Below, piece by piece: positions 39,649-50,030 of a stretch of DNA of 64,000 bases. The stretch spans positions 40,244 to 104,243 of the forward strand of contig JAMCUL010000016.1 of the NCBI GenBank assembly GCA_023381355.1, read 5' to 3'. Source of the DNA: Thermoplasmatota archaeon (GTDB lineage Archaea; Thermoplasmatota; Thermoplasmata; Thermoplasmatales; Thermoplasmataceae). The notes under the pieces are model-generated. The model did no database searches. It had not been told where the DNA came from and saw nothing but the letters and a program-made list of their open reading frames with translations. A program made the translations under genes and the position numbers. Position 1 is the stretch's first letter. Every line of letters starts with the position of its first letter.

Positions 39649-39718
39649 AGAAACTGTTTTATCAAAATTTCTGGTAAAAAGTTTAAATTGCCTCAATAGG
39701 ATTACCATAAGCTGATAT

Positions 39719-40702
39719 TTGATGGGAGAAGTCTTGAATATAAAAATGGACGTCAGTGGGAAACTGGATCTTATAAACAAAAGGATAGAGGAAGTCCTGA
39801 AAACTGATAGTCCTGATTTGACTGAAATGGCATTATACACCCTCAGATCAGGTGGTAAAAGATTAAGGCCGTTGATAGTGCTCCTGGTTTATGAGCTGAT
39901 AACTGATGAGGAAATATCAAAGGTTCTTGATCTTGCAGTGGCCTATGAAATTATGCATTCTGCCAGCCTCATCCACGACGATATTATAGATGAGGCTGAG
40001 GAGAGGAGAGGTTCTCCTCCTCTGCACATAAAGTTCAACATTCCCGATGCAATTGTAACCGGTGATTTCCTGTTTTCTGTTGCGTATAAACTTGGCGCAA
40101 CGTATGGTACAGAAGTGTCAGATATTGTGGCGAGAGCAGCCCGGAAACTGGCAGAAGGGCAGATCATGGAATCAAGGAATCTCGGTAATCTTGAAATTAC
40201 AGAGAATGATTACTTTCATATAATAAGCAATAAAACAGCGTACTTCTTTGGTGCTGGGGCCAGATCAGCCGCCTGTGTGGCCACTCAAAACGAAGAAATG
40301 CGTGAGAATATGTTCAAATTTGCCTATAACGTTGGAATGGCATTCCAGATAACCGATGATGTTCTTGACATAATTGGAAAGGAGGAGAACATAGGAAAGA
40401 TGCCTTTCACGGATTTTAAGCACAGTACTCTCACTCTACCAATGATATATGCACTTAAACACGGTAAAAATGATGACGTTGGAAACCTCAGGCATGTAAT
40501 CAGGGGCGAGAGAACTGACACAGAGAGCATTGAGCTCGCGAAGCAGTTCCTGGTTGACTGCGGGGCAGTTGATTATTCGATAGGAATTGCTAAAAACTAC
40601 ATAGACGAGGCCATAAAAGCCATGAGGTCAGCTGAAAGAACTCCTGATCTCGAAACATTGCTTCAAATTGCTTATAGCGTGATAAGCAGGATAAGAATTT
40701 AA
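39719..40702 (+). CDS. trans-Polyprenyl diphosphate synthase, medium/long-chain type
   Basis: GGKRLRP, FARM ASLIHDDIID (Ala at -5), RRG, KTA, SARM FQITDDVLD. Confidence 0.88.
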   Translation: MMGEVLNIKMDVSGKLDLINKRIEEVLKTDSPDLTEMALYTLRSGGKRLRPLIVLLVYELITDEEISKVLDLAVAYEIMHSASLIHDDIIDEAEERRGSPPLHIKFNIPDAIVTGDFLFSVAYKLGATYGTEVSDIVARAARKLAEGQIMESRNLGNLEITENDYFHIISNKTAYFFGAGARSAACVATQNEEMRENMFKFAYNVGMAFQITDDVLDIIGKEENIGKMPFTDFKHSTLTLPMIYALKHGKNDDVGNLRHVIRGERTDTESIELAKQFLVDCGAVDYSIGIAKNYIDEAIKAMRSAERTPDLETLLQIAYSVISRIRI

Positions 40703-41866
40703 ATGACAAGAATAATTCTGTTCACTGGAAAGGGTGGTGTGGGAAAAACAAGCATTTCAGCCGCGACAGGGTTGATTTGTGCAAAGGAAGGCAAGAAGAC
40801 TTTAATTATTTCTACCGACCCTGCTCACAGCCTTAGAGACGCCTTCAATCTGGAGATAGGCTCCGAACCTAAAAAAATTGCTGAAAACCTGTATCTTCAG
40901 GAGATAAGCGTTACGGAAGCGATTAAAAAATACTGGGAAAAGCTGAAGCTCTACCTGACCTCACTCATGAGATCACAGGGAGTAGAGGGTATAGCGGCAG
41001 AAGAGATAGCTACACTACCGGGATTTGATGAGGCTTCACAGCTCCTCTACATAAGACAATACGCTATAGAAAATACATATGATGTGATAGTAATGGATAC
41101 TGCTCCAACTGGTGAATCACTTAAATTGCTGTCATTTCCGGAGGCTTTTTCATGGTATATGGAGAGGCTATTCCCAATAAGCAGGAAGACTGCGAAAATA
41201 ATGAGACCATTCATGAAACCATTGCTGGGGGTTCCTATTCCTGATGACACGGTTTTTGCAAGTATTGAAGAACTCTATTCCCAGATGAGAGATGTGGAGG
41301 AGATACTGTCTGATGGTACCCGCACAACCATAAGGCTGGTGTGTAATCCCGATACAATGTCCTTCAATGAGACAAAGAGGGCTTATACATATCTATTAAT
41401 GTATGGATACTCAGTGGACGCCATGGTCATCAACAAGATATTTCAGGATGATAGTGGTGACTTCCTGTTGAAATGGAGAAAATCACAGAACCAGATTATA
41501 GAAGAAATTGAAGACGCTTTCGGTGATATAAAAATTTTCAGGCTTCCAATGAGCGATGAGGAGCCAACGGGAATAAAGAAACTTGAGAATATGGGCAAAA
41601 AGGTATATGGAGATATCAAGCCCTGGGAAATTCTATCTGACATTGAGCCACCCATTGAGTTTGAAGTTACAGATAAGAAAAAGTACATTAAAATGAAGGT
41701 ACCGTTTGCAAATAAACAGAATCTGACGTTGCATAACAGGGGAGGTGAACTTGTAGTGCAGATAGACAACTGGAGGAGAGTTTTCTTCCTGCCTCAATCA
41801 ATGGCGGATCTGAATCCCTCAACCGCAGAATTTAATAAAGGAAAGCTCATTATAGAGATGATATAA
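40703..41866 (+). CDS. ArsA/Get3-family ATPase with C-terminal Hsp20-like domain
   Basis: GKGGVGKT, STDPAHSL, PGFDE, DTAPTG; beta-rich C-terminus ...RRVFFLP. Confidence 0.88.
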   Translation: MTRIILFTGKGGVGKTSISAATGLICAKEGKKTLIISTDPAHSLRDAFNLEIGSEPKKIAENLYLQEISVTEAIKKYWEKLKLYLTSLMRSQGVEGIAAEEIATLPGFDEASQLLYIRQYAIENTYDVIVMDTAPTGESLKLLSFPEAFSWYMERLFPISRKTAKIMRPFMKPLLGVPIPDDTVFASIEELYSQMRDVEEILSDGTRTTIRLVCNPDTMSFNETKRAYTYLLMYGYSVDAMVINKIFQDDSGDFLLKWRKSQNQIIEEIEDAFGDIKIFRLPMSDEEPTGIKKLENMGKKVYGDIKPWEILSDIEPPIEFEVTDKKKYIKMKVPFANKQNLTLHNRGGELVVQIDNWRRVFFLPQSMADLNPSTAEFNKGKLIIEMI

Positions 41867-42067
41867 ATGGCAGAAAAAACTGTTGGCGGAAAAAACGGAA
41901 GAATTCACTTTGAAATTGACGTTGAACTCCCGGAGATCAAGGAAGGAGTCATGGATATTCTCTCCCTCATAAAAGGGGCATCGGACGAGATTGTTGATCT
42001 CGGAAAGAAGCTCCTGAACAAGGCACAGGATGAACCAAGAGAAATTAAGAAGATAAACATCAAATAA
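41867..42067 (+). CDS. Small hypothetical protein (66 aa)
   Basis: TAA-ATG junction with the ArsA-like gene; C-terminal IKKINIK. Confidence 0.7.
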   Translation: MAEKTVGGKNGRIHFEIDVELPEIKEGVMDILSLIKGASDEIVDLGKKLLNKAQDEPREIKKINIK

Positions 42068-42302
42068 AAATCAGGAATTTGATGTGGGCTAATCTTCAGC
42101 TGCCGTGATTATGGATAGTGAGTGGTGTTTTGGATATTCCTTGGGTAATGTGTGAATATCTGTGAGGAGCTTCTGCTGATATCAATAACCCTGATTTTTA
42201 CATTTCGTAAGCAAGCGCTTTTACTGCATTCAATATAACAACGGTATTTTGTGCAATTCTCCTTACTTGTTCTAATCCTGTTTCGTTGAAATATATGCAA
42301 CG

Positions 42303-42634
42303 GTGCTATCCATCAGTTATAGTGACGACTGCGATAACTTAAACAAAGCTATTAATGGTATCTCCACAAAGGACCAGAACAGTGAAAGAGATTTTGGGCT
42401 TCATTCAGTATTTGAGGTACTAACAAAGGGAATGCAGGGGGAAGGAATCATAATTCCCGGCAGAGGAATCTTGAGCAGGAAATTGTATCTGCACATTCAA
42501 ATCCCCTCATAAAATTATTTTCTTATTCCAATGATACTTCAGAAAACACAATGTTTAAAGGCTGCTATCTTAGTTTTCGGGTTAAAACAAATTTGCCACC
42601 AGATTTATACAAATTTCTTGAGTATCCTGAGTGA
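42303..42634 (+). pseudogene. GHKL/HATPase-like protein, C-terminal remnant
   Basis: LNKAINGISTK..ERDFGL..GEGIII.G.G, then after a break FKGCYLSFRV..PDLYKFLE*. Confidence 0.55.
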
Positions 42635-42711
42635 TTACGTCTTGACGTATTCACACGAATGGAAACGCTTATGTACTGAAATCATAGGATTGTATTACAA
42701 TTGGAGGACAT

Positions 42712-43015
42712 ATGTGCGTAATGATGGTTAAGGTTGTTGGGCCTGATCTCGCTACAAGGAACGTCGGTGACAATTTGTTTAAATTGCTAGAGCAAAGCCC
42801 TAAGGAGAGAATAACCATGAACTTCAGTGACGTGTCTTCTATCAGTCGTTCATTTGCTCATGAATACATTACAAAGAGGAAATTAACAACAAAAATTATT
42901 TCAGAAACAAATGTTCCTGCAAATAGTTAAAAAAATGCTGGAATTCGTGGAAAATAAGCCGTTTGTAAAGAAATATGCGGAAAACGATACCCCTGAGAGA
43001 ATAATTATATCTTGA
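42712..43015 (+). pseudogene. STAS-like (DUF4325) protein, frameshifted
   Basis: DLATRN..MNFSDVSSISRSFAHE..NVP; continues in another frame QIVKKMLEFVE..IIIS*. Confidence 0.65.
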
Positions 43016-44018
43016 GGTCTGGCATTAAATCTCAACGGTCTCGTTGTCAGTTACATCTATTTTATAATGGGAGACATCGGGAGGATTCTACCAGGAAGAA
43101 AAGTCATCTACCTCTCATGCCTCGCTCTTCCTGATGTACCGGCATCATGGGAAACTTAGAGACTATCGCTACATTGAAGGAAAGAAGTACATCCTGTTTC
43201 CTCAAATGTGCTCTTTTGAATAAAACTTTGATGACCGTGCAATCCAGTATTCTTCTATTCTTCTTTTCAATGAATCTACGTGGTTGTTTTTTTGCCCGTG
43301 ACGGTTGACAGGTATTAGAAAAGAAAAATAAAGGAGGTTACGTACTTGGTTGCAATCTGAAGATTCTGGAATTACAATGATGTGAAATCAAGCCTGTCCA
43401 GTCGTATTTTTTCATGTATATGTTTTCCGTAGGAATGGAGGATGAGATTGATTGCCAGTTATTGGTATCGGGGGGAACAAGTTCCATTGATGAAGAATAC
43501 GTTTCTATCCTGTCGTTAGGCTTTTCGACCTCAGCCCTGGTAATGGAGGACTCCCCGGGTCAATATAATCCGTCCTATTGAATGTCCACCCAGATCCGGG
43601 TTAGTATAAGATAATTATGATTTATTAACAGAATTGGTTTCTACGTCATGCGTATTCACTTAATGCCTCAGCATCTAAGTCGTGAGATGCCGTAAGATAG
43701 AATTCACAACCTATACGATAGCATTTTATTCGGGTAACAGGATAGTTATAACTTTTGTTGAGATAATACTGAGAGGGGACAAAAACAAATGGATAGTTTA
43801 ACATTCGTTTCAGGTCACTACAATTTCCCAGTATTTTTAAGCTCATCAATATGATCAAGAGCGGGAAAACAGAGTAGAGATATGACTGAACCCAGACATC
43901 TGAGGCAAGATCAATATCTGAAAGTAAAACATGTCGCTCAAATTGGAAAAATATGACCTGGTGGGTGTATCCAAGCGGTATACCGTTAGAGATAATAAGG
44001 TTCTAAAAATACATCCCT

Positions 44019-45560
44019 ATGAAAAGCATTAAGGAGATAAGGGATGAAACTTTTGAAAGACTTGGTTTGAAGGAAGAGAACTCAGGAGTTTTTTATGGAA
44101 AATGGGAAAAGTATGATCCTGAGAAGTCTATAGAAGTGAGGAGTCCAATTGATGGCACATATCTCGGAAAAGTTTCTGTTGCATCTCCAGAGCAGTACAG
44201 AAATGCCGTAGTGAAAATGGAGAAGGAATTCGTCGAATGGTCTGAGACACCTGCACCCCAGAGATCCCTTGCCATAAAGGCAATTGCGGATGGAATAAAG
44301 GAAAAGAAGGAATTGCTCGGAAGGATTGTTTCACTGGAAGTGGGAAAAGTAACAACGGAAGGACAGGGCGAAATCCAGGAAATGATTGATGTAGGTTATT
44401 TCGCTACCGGCCTGGGAAGGCAGATATATGGTCTCACGATGGCCAGTGAAAGACCGTATCACAGGCTTTATGAACAGTATATTCCCCTTGGAGTGATAGG
44501 TGTTATAAGTGCCTTCAATTTTCCATCGTCAGTCTGGTCATGGAATGCCTTCATTGCGGCCACAGTGGGCGATACAGTGCTATGGAAACCATCCAGCAAG
44601 GCTGCCCTGAGCTCGGTGGCAGTGATGAGAGTCATTGAGGATATAATGGTGAAGGAGAGTATTCCCGGGATTTTTGCACTGGTAAATGGAAGGGGAAGGG
44701 AGATTGGCGAGCTGATGGCAGAAGATAAGGCTCTTCCGCTCATTTCTTTCACTGGTTCGGTAAAGACTGGAAAACACCTGGCTGAGAAGGTTGCATCAAG
44801 GCTAGGGAAAACTATCCTGGAGCTTGGTGGAAACAACTGTGCAATCGTAAGTGAGAAGGCAGATATGAAAGTGGCACTCAAAGGTGTGGCCTTTGGTGCA
44901 CTTGCAACTGCAGGGCAGAGATGCACAAGCACGAGGAGGGTTATTGTCCATGAGAAGATCTACAATGAATTCAGGGAAAAATTGAAGAACATATATGAGA
45001 AAGCTAAGACTGGCAATCCTCTTGAGGATGGGATCATTGTTGGACCTATGATTGATGACGATGCTGTCTCGAATTATGAGAAAGCCATAGCAAAAGCTGT
45101 TGATCAGGGCGGAAGGGTTGTCACAGGAAATAAAGTACTGGAGAGAAAGAAAGGCTACTATGTTCAACCGACAATAATCGAAGCAAGATATGGAATGCAG
45201 ATCACTAAGGAAGAAACCTTTGCTCCCATACTCTATATGTTCAAATATTCAACAATGGAGGAGGCAATGAAGATACACAATGATGTACCGCAGGGACTTT
45301 CATCTGCAATGTTTACTACGGATTTGAGGGAGGAGGAATACTTCCTTTCAGCAAGAGGTTCGGACTGCGGACTTGCCAACATAAACACCTCAACTGCCGG
45401 AGCGGAAATAGGAGGTGCGTTTGGCGGTGAGAAGGACACCGGCGGAGGAAGGGAAAGTGGAAGCGATTCCTGGAAGCTTTATATGAGAAGGCAGACAGTC
45501 ACAAAAAACTATGGAAAGGATATCCCTCTTGCACAGGGTGTACAGTTCAAGATTGAATGA
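44019..45560 (+). CDS. Aldehyde dehydrogenase (ALDH7/antiquitin-like)
   Basis: ISAFNFP, SFTGS, LELGGNN, AGQRCTS, EETFAP, GAEIGGAFGGEKDTGGGRESGSD. Confidence 0.92.
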   Translation: MKSIKEIRDETFERLGLKEENSGVFYGKWEKYDPEKSIEVRSPIDGTYLGKVSVASPEQYRNAVVKMEKEFVEWSETPAPQRSLAIKAIADGIKEKKELLGRIVSLEVGKVTTEGQGEIQEMIDVGYFATGLGRQIYGLTMASERPYHRLYEQYIPLGVIGVISAFNFPSSVWSWNAFIAATVGDTVLWKPSSKAALSSVAVMRVIEDIMVKESIPGIFALVNGRGREIGELMAEDKALPLISFTGSVKTGKHLAEKVASRLGKTILELGGNNCAIVSEKADMKVALKGVAFGALATAGQRCTSTRRVIVHEKIYNEFREKLKNIYEKAKTGNPLEDGIIVGPMIDDDAVSNYEKAIAKAVDQGGRVVTGNKVLERKKGYYVQPTIIEARYGMQITKEETFAPILYMFKYSTMEEAMKIHNDVPQGLSSAMFTTDLREEEYFLSARGSDCGLANINTSTAGAEIGGAFGGEKDTGGGRESGSDSWKLYMRRQTVTKNYGKDIPLAQGVQFKIE

Positions 45561-45636
45561 GGAATAAGAAACACGTATCCCTTTTTTTAATTCTGATAAA
45601 TTTTCTGAAGCAGACATTTAAATTTTATGGATAATC

Positions 45637-48600
45637 TCATCCCTCAAAGAATGATTTTTCCATCTGCTTCCTCTTCTTTTTCTTCCTGAAATAATTTATA
45701 ACCACATAGATATACAGGATTATTCCGAGATATATCAAAGAGTTGAGCAGTGGAAACACAGGATTGGAATAAGAGAGTGTCTGGATTGTGGAATTTATTG
45801 ATATATTGTCCTTCAACTCTGCTGAAACCATGATCTTGTAATTTACCCAGGGATAAATACCATTCAGGAACGAGTAGTCTGTTGTGTTGGAATTAATCTT
45901 CAGCTGGTTCCATGACTTCTGCCCCGAAGGCCTGTAATTAATTATGAAATATTTTATGTCCTTCGCAATGTTTGTTCTCCATGAAATATAGGATGTGAAA
46001 AAAAGAAGTGGAATAACCCGTGTTATTGAGACCTGTGGGGGGAATTTACTCAGAGTGTGATCGACCGGATAGAGAGATTCGTTCAGATCCATGTTCCCTG
46101 TAACGTTGACTGCATAAGTGTAATTCTGGAAATAGGGGCTGGAAAATGACAATCTGTCGTGTCCCGCAGGAACCCAGATGCTGAACTGCCCATTAATATC
46201 CGTATATGCATAGTCCGTGCTGTTATATTGAATCATTGCCCCACGAATCGGGACGGAAATATCATCCAGGGCACTGTAGAATTCATTTGTAATCGTGCCG
46301 TTCACAAAATACCCATTTCCATTACCTCTGAGGGTGTATGGGGCATAGATGATGTCTTTTCCAGGATTCAGCTTTATGGCCACATTTGAAGTGTGAAAAC
46401 CTCCTGCTGAGATACTCAGGTTATAACTTTCCGGTATGAGAGATTCAAGATAGGGATATTCAAAGGTCCTGTTTTTCCCAAGTGCAGTTATCCTTGAATC
46501 CGCAGGCGATATATTGATTGAGACATTTACTTCTTTTTCCGTTAGTTGTATGGATGATTGCCTTCCCGGGACGGCGCTTGAAAATGGGTAAAACCCAAAT
46601 GAAGATAGGGTTAAGTTGCTGTCAATTCCTATTCTCGAGAAGTCCAGGCTATTTCCAGTCAGTATGGGGGAAAGATAATCCAGGGTTCCTGAAAAGTTTC
46701 CCATGAAGTACCATGATGAATTATAGATCAGGGAAATATCCTGCTGGGAGTATGATGGAACCGAGATGTTGAATTCTTCATTCACTCCCTTCCATGTATA
46801 TTCCAGCACATACGAGTCACCGGAACCGAGATTCACAGAGTCTCCTAGATAGGGTAAACTGTTCAGGGTGAAGCTGGTTTTTGTGGAGAAGTTTAATACT
46901 GCAGGATATGTCTGCAATATCCTGAAAATCTGTGGCACAACAGGGTAAGTTTCCTGTGGTGTGTTGCTTGAATTAGAAAAAGTTACCCTGAACGCGTTTG
47001 CCTTGACCCCGACGGTTGAAAGATTTCCCTGAGAAAATGGAGCTATGGAAAATGTTCCAATGCTGGCCATTTCCTTTGATGCTGCACCACCACTGGCGAT
47101 CTTGTAGTTTGAAATGCTTGCGTTTATCGCAATCGGCTTATCATAATTCCCCGAGGATACATATTCAAAGGAATTAAACACAGAACCATAAATATCGTAT
47201 GGAAAAACTACATATGAAAATGAGACCTTCCCGTCACTGATCCTGACTTTGGAAATGTTGAATGCGATAGATATTGTGTTGTTAATATATTGGTTTCCTG
47301 GAACGAGCCTGAAGAAGTTAGTCTGATTTCCGACATTTGCAAAAAAGTAGGAACCTGAGTTATTCTCCCTAATTCCGGCCGAAATCGCCTGACTACCGGA
47401 AATATTGCTGAACACCCCAATACCTATAGTCCCAGACTCTGACTGTGAAATGCTGCCCACAGATGTGTTAACGTTGGCTGAAATTGTAAACGAACTGTTT
47501 CTCACCAGTCCATAATAAGCAGAACCCCCGTAATTACCTGTCAATTTTCCAATATCAGATGCGAGAAGAGCGACATTCATTGACCCGAGTCCCGTTACTG
47601 GATTCCACTGTGTATCTGCCCTGTAGAAGCCGTTACTCCCATCAGAAACCGGAACAATTGCACGGCCATACTGGTTTGTGTTTGCAATCCTGTACAGGTA
47701 AGGTGCGAGAAAGCCTATATTTCTATGGAGGCTCTGTGAGATCAGAATTGCAGAGCCTGCGGACATTGGAGTGGCGAGGCTTGTTCCACCAATTACATAA
47801 CATCCTGCCCCAGCAAAAACCCTAACACCTCCAACATTTGGGTTTGCATCCATTGACATGTCAGGAACGCCGAGGTTTGTTGCAGAAAATCCAGGTGCAA
47901 CCTGGTATGCAGGATTGCTGAAATAATCGCTGTACCCTCCTCCACTCCCCGACCATGCATATTCACCATACTTTCCGTCCATGAGATAAAGTGATGTTCC
48001 TCCCACGGAGGTCACATATGGATCTGCCGCGGGGAAATTAACAGTTGGAGTCTTCTGGCCATCGAATGCTCCTGCATCTCCTGAAGCTGCGAATATTCCA
48101 ATCCCTTTATCAACACCTTCCATGAAGGCAGCATTATACGAGTCAACAAGTGATTGCCCCAGCTCGCTTTCAGGGATTCCCCAGCTGAGGCTTATCTCAT
48201 TTACAGACAGATTCTGGATAGTGTAATTTATTCCTGCCTGGAGATATCCAACAGCTGCATTTGGAACCACAACAAGATCGATCTTTGCTGCAGGAGCAAT
48301 TGCATGGAACCACTCAACGTCAGTTGATGTCTCAATAGCCCAGCTTAAATTGTAGGTTGTGGGCAGGCTGAATGGATATATTACAGAAATATTTGCAGAT
48401 GGAAGGCCCTCATAGGCATTGAACGATGATATATCGTAGTTCAAATAAGGGTCTCCATATGCGTCAACAATCGCTACAGTCAATCCCTGGCCGGTATACC
48501 CTTCGTTATGAAGAGGAGTAATGTTATAGGCCTGCATAATCTGGGATGCGAAGAAAGGAGGCTCCTGGCTTGGAAATGAACTTGCCGGCCTGTATACTAT

Positions 48601-48786
48601 ACATGGATTTGCCATCAGAGACCATGGATCGACGCCTGACTTATTTTTAATTGATGAGAAGTTTTGCAATGGAATGAGAACCTTCACTTTGCCGTGATTT
48701 GGAGTGTTTTCTGGTTGATAGATGACTACCAGTGAAGAAATTAAGAGTATTAAGATCAGGAAAAGTGACACTATTTTTTTATTCAT
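45637..48786 (-). CDS. Sedolisin (S53) family peptidase, membrane-anchored, multidomain
   Basis: ETSTDVEW, ASGDAG, PYVTSVGGT, GGTSLATP, WNPVTGLGS; C-terminal TM + basic tail. Confidence 0.9.
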   Translation of the reverse strand: MNKKIVSLFLILILLISSLVVIYQPENTPNHGKVKVLIPLQNFSSIKNKSGVDPWSLMANPCIVYRPASSFPSQEPPFFASQIMQAYNITPLHNEGYTGQGLTVAIVDAYGDPYLNYDISSFNAYEGLPSANISVIYPFSLPTTYNLSWAIETSTDVEWFHAIAPAAKIDLVVVPNAAVGYLQAGINYTIQNLSVNEISLSWGIPESELGQSLVDSYNAAFMEGVDKGIGIFAASGDAGAFDGQKTPTVNFPAADPYVTSVGGTSLYLMDGKYGEYAWSGSGGGYSDYFSNPAYQVAPGFSATNLGVPDMSMDANPNVGGVRVFAGAGCYVIGGTSLATPMSAGSAILISQSLHRNIGFLAPYLYRIANTNQYGRAIVPVSDGSNGFYRADTQWNPVTGLGSMNVALLASDIGKLTGNYGGSAYYGLVRNSSFTISANVNTSVGSISQSESGTIGIGVFSNISGSQAISAGIRENNSGSYFFANVGNQTNFFRLVPGNQYINNTISIAFNISKVRISDGKVSFSYVVFPYDIYGSVFNSFEYVSSGNYDKPIAINASISNYKIASGGAASKEMASIGTFSIAPFSQGNLSTVGVKANAFRVTFSNSSNTPQETYPVVPQIFRILQTYPAVLNFSTKTSFTLNSLPYLGDSVNLGSGDSYVLEYTWKGVNEEFNISVPSYSQQDISLIYNSSWYFMGNFSGTLDYLSPILTGNSLDFSRIGIDSNLTLSSFGFYPFSSAVPGRQSSIQLTEKEVNVSINISPADSRITALGKNRTFEYPYLESLIPESYNLSISAGGFHTSNVAIKLNPGKDIIYAPYTLRGNGNGYFVNGTITNEFYSALDDISVPIRGAMIQYNSTDYAYTDINGQFSIWVPAGHDRLSFSSPYFQNYTYAVNVTGNMDLNESLYPVDHTLSKFPPQVSITRVIPLLFFTSYISWRTNIAKDIKYFIINYRPSGQKSWNQLKINSNTTDYSFLNGIYPWVNYKIMVSAELKDNISINSTIQTLSYSNPVFPLLNSLIYLGIILYIYVVINYFRKKKKRKQMEKSFFEG

Positions 48787-48815
48787 TAAAACCCAATTGG
48801 AAATTTTATTAATAT

Positions 48816-49964
48816 ATGTATCATTTTCGATTATTGGATGAGACAGATTATTTAATTACAAATTTCAGGAAATATTATATTTCAGAGAGGAGGGTTCACG
48901 CTACCGAACTTTCTAAGAGGGAAATTGGATATATTCCTTTCAAAGGAACAATGACAAGACATATTATGATAAGGGATGATCCAAACAGAAGTGAACTGCT
49001 CTCGTTTCTAAGAGAAAGGGTTCCCCGGCACCTGTACCATTCTGTGGCAACTTACAGGAATCCCGAGAATAGAAGCATGAAGGATAAGGGATGGCTTGGA
49101 GCCGAGCTGATCTTTGATCTGGACGCTGACCATATAAGGGGGGCTGAAAAACTTACATACGAGCAGATCCTCGCTGAGGTTAAGAAACATACACAGAGAC
49201 TGGTAGAGAAATATTTGTTGGGCTACATGAATATTGATATAAATAATATCTCATTATATTTCTCAGGAGGAAGAGGATACCACGTACATGTGAATAATGA
49301 TGCCATGTATTCAATGAATTCTGATCAAAGGAGAGAAATCTCAAATCTTGTCAGGGGAGAAGGTCTCAATGCCAAGGGCATGATCGAGGCTGTGTCGCGG
49401 GAACACTTCTATGGGAAGGGGTGGATACCTGAAATAGACCAGAAGTTTGTTGAAAATCTCAATGGGATCATCTCAGGCGAAAATCCCATAGATGATGAAA
49501 AATTATCATACAGGATCAGGGAATATTTCAAGAGGAACCAGAACGAGAGGGTGGAGTCAAGAAAAAAAATGCTCATCACTAGGGGTTACGAAAAATACCG
49601 GAATCTGCTGAATGATGAGATTTTGTTGCTTGAAAGGACCATAACAGCCCTCAAAGATGCGGAATCCTGCGAGATTGATGAGCCTGTTTCAACGGATATT
49701 CACAGACTCATAAGATTTCCTTACAGCCTTCATGGTAAGACAGGCTTTCAGGTTATAAATGTTGACATAAATGGGTTTAAGGATTTTGATCCTCTCATTG
49801 AAGCAATACCTAAGCAGTTCATGGACGGGGAAATCAGAATAAAAGTGAATCGGCCGTTCAGGATTACACTAAACAGGGAAAACTGGAATATTGAAAATTC
49901 CCAGGAAGTGCCGACTTATGTGGCCATTTATAGCTTACTTTCAGGAAGGGCTAATTTAGAGTAA
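48816..49964 (+). CDS. priS: DNA primase small subunit
   Basis: GAELIFDLDAD, FSGGRGYH, IDEPVSTDIHRLIR.P.SLHGKTG. Confidence 0.95.
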   Translation: MYHFRLLDETDYLITNFRKYYISERRVHATELSKREIGYIPFKGTMTRHIMIRDDPNRSELLSFLRERVPRHLYHSVATYRNPENRSMKDKGWLGAELIFDLDADHIRGAEKLTYEQILAEVKKHTQRLVEKYLLGYMNIDINNISLYFSGGRGYHVHVNNDAMYSMNSDQRREISNLVRGEGLNAKGMIEAVSREHFYGKGWIPEIDQKFVENLNGIISGENPIDDEKLSYRIREYFKRNQNERVESRKKMLITRGYEKYRNLLNDEILLLERTITALKDAESCEIDEPVSTDIHRLIRFPYSLHGKTGFQVINVDINGFKDFDPLIEAIPKQFMDGEIRIKVNRPFRITLNRENWNIENSQEVPTYVAIYSLLSGRANLE

Positions 49965-50018
49965 ATATTATCTGATAATAAGTAACACAAAATTAGATAT
50001 ATAACAAAGTAATGTTCA

Positions 50019-50026
50019 GGAGGTGA
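50019..50026 (+). promoter_or_regulatory. Shine-Dalgarno site of rubrerythrin
   Basis: GGAGGTGA 4 nt before ATG 50031. Confidence 0.7.
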
Positions 50027-50030
50027 AAGA

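Noticed and set aside
40703-41866. Arsenite-efflux ArsA call
   Set aside because: Single ATPase domain, no metalloid-binding Cys cluster, no arsB/arsD/arsR neighbours
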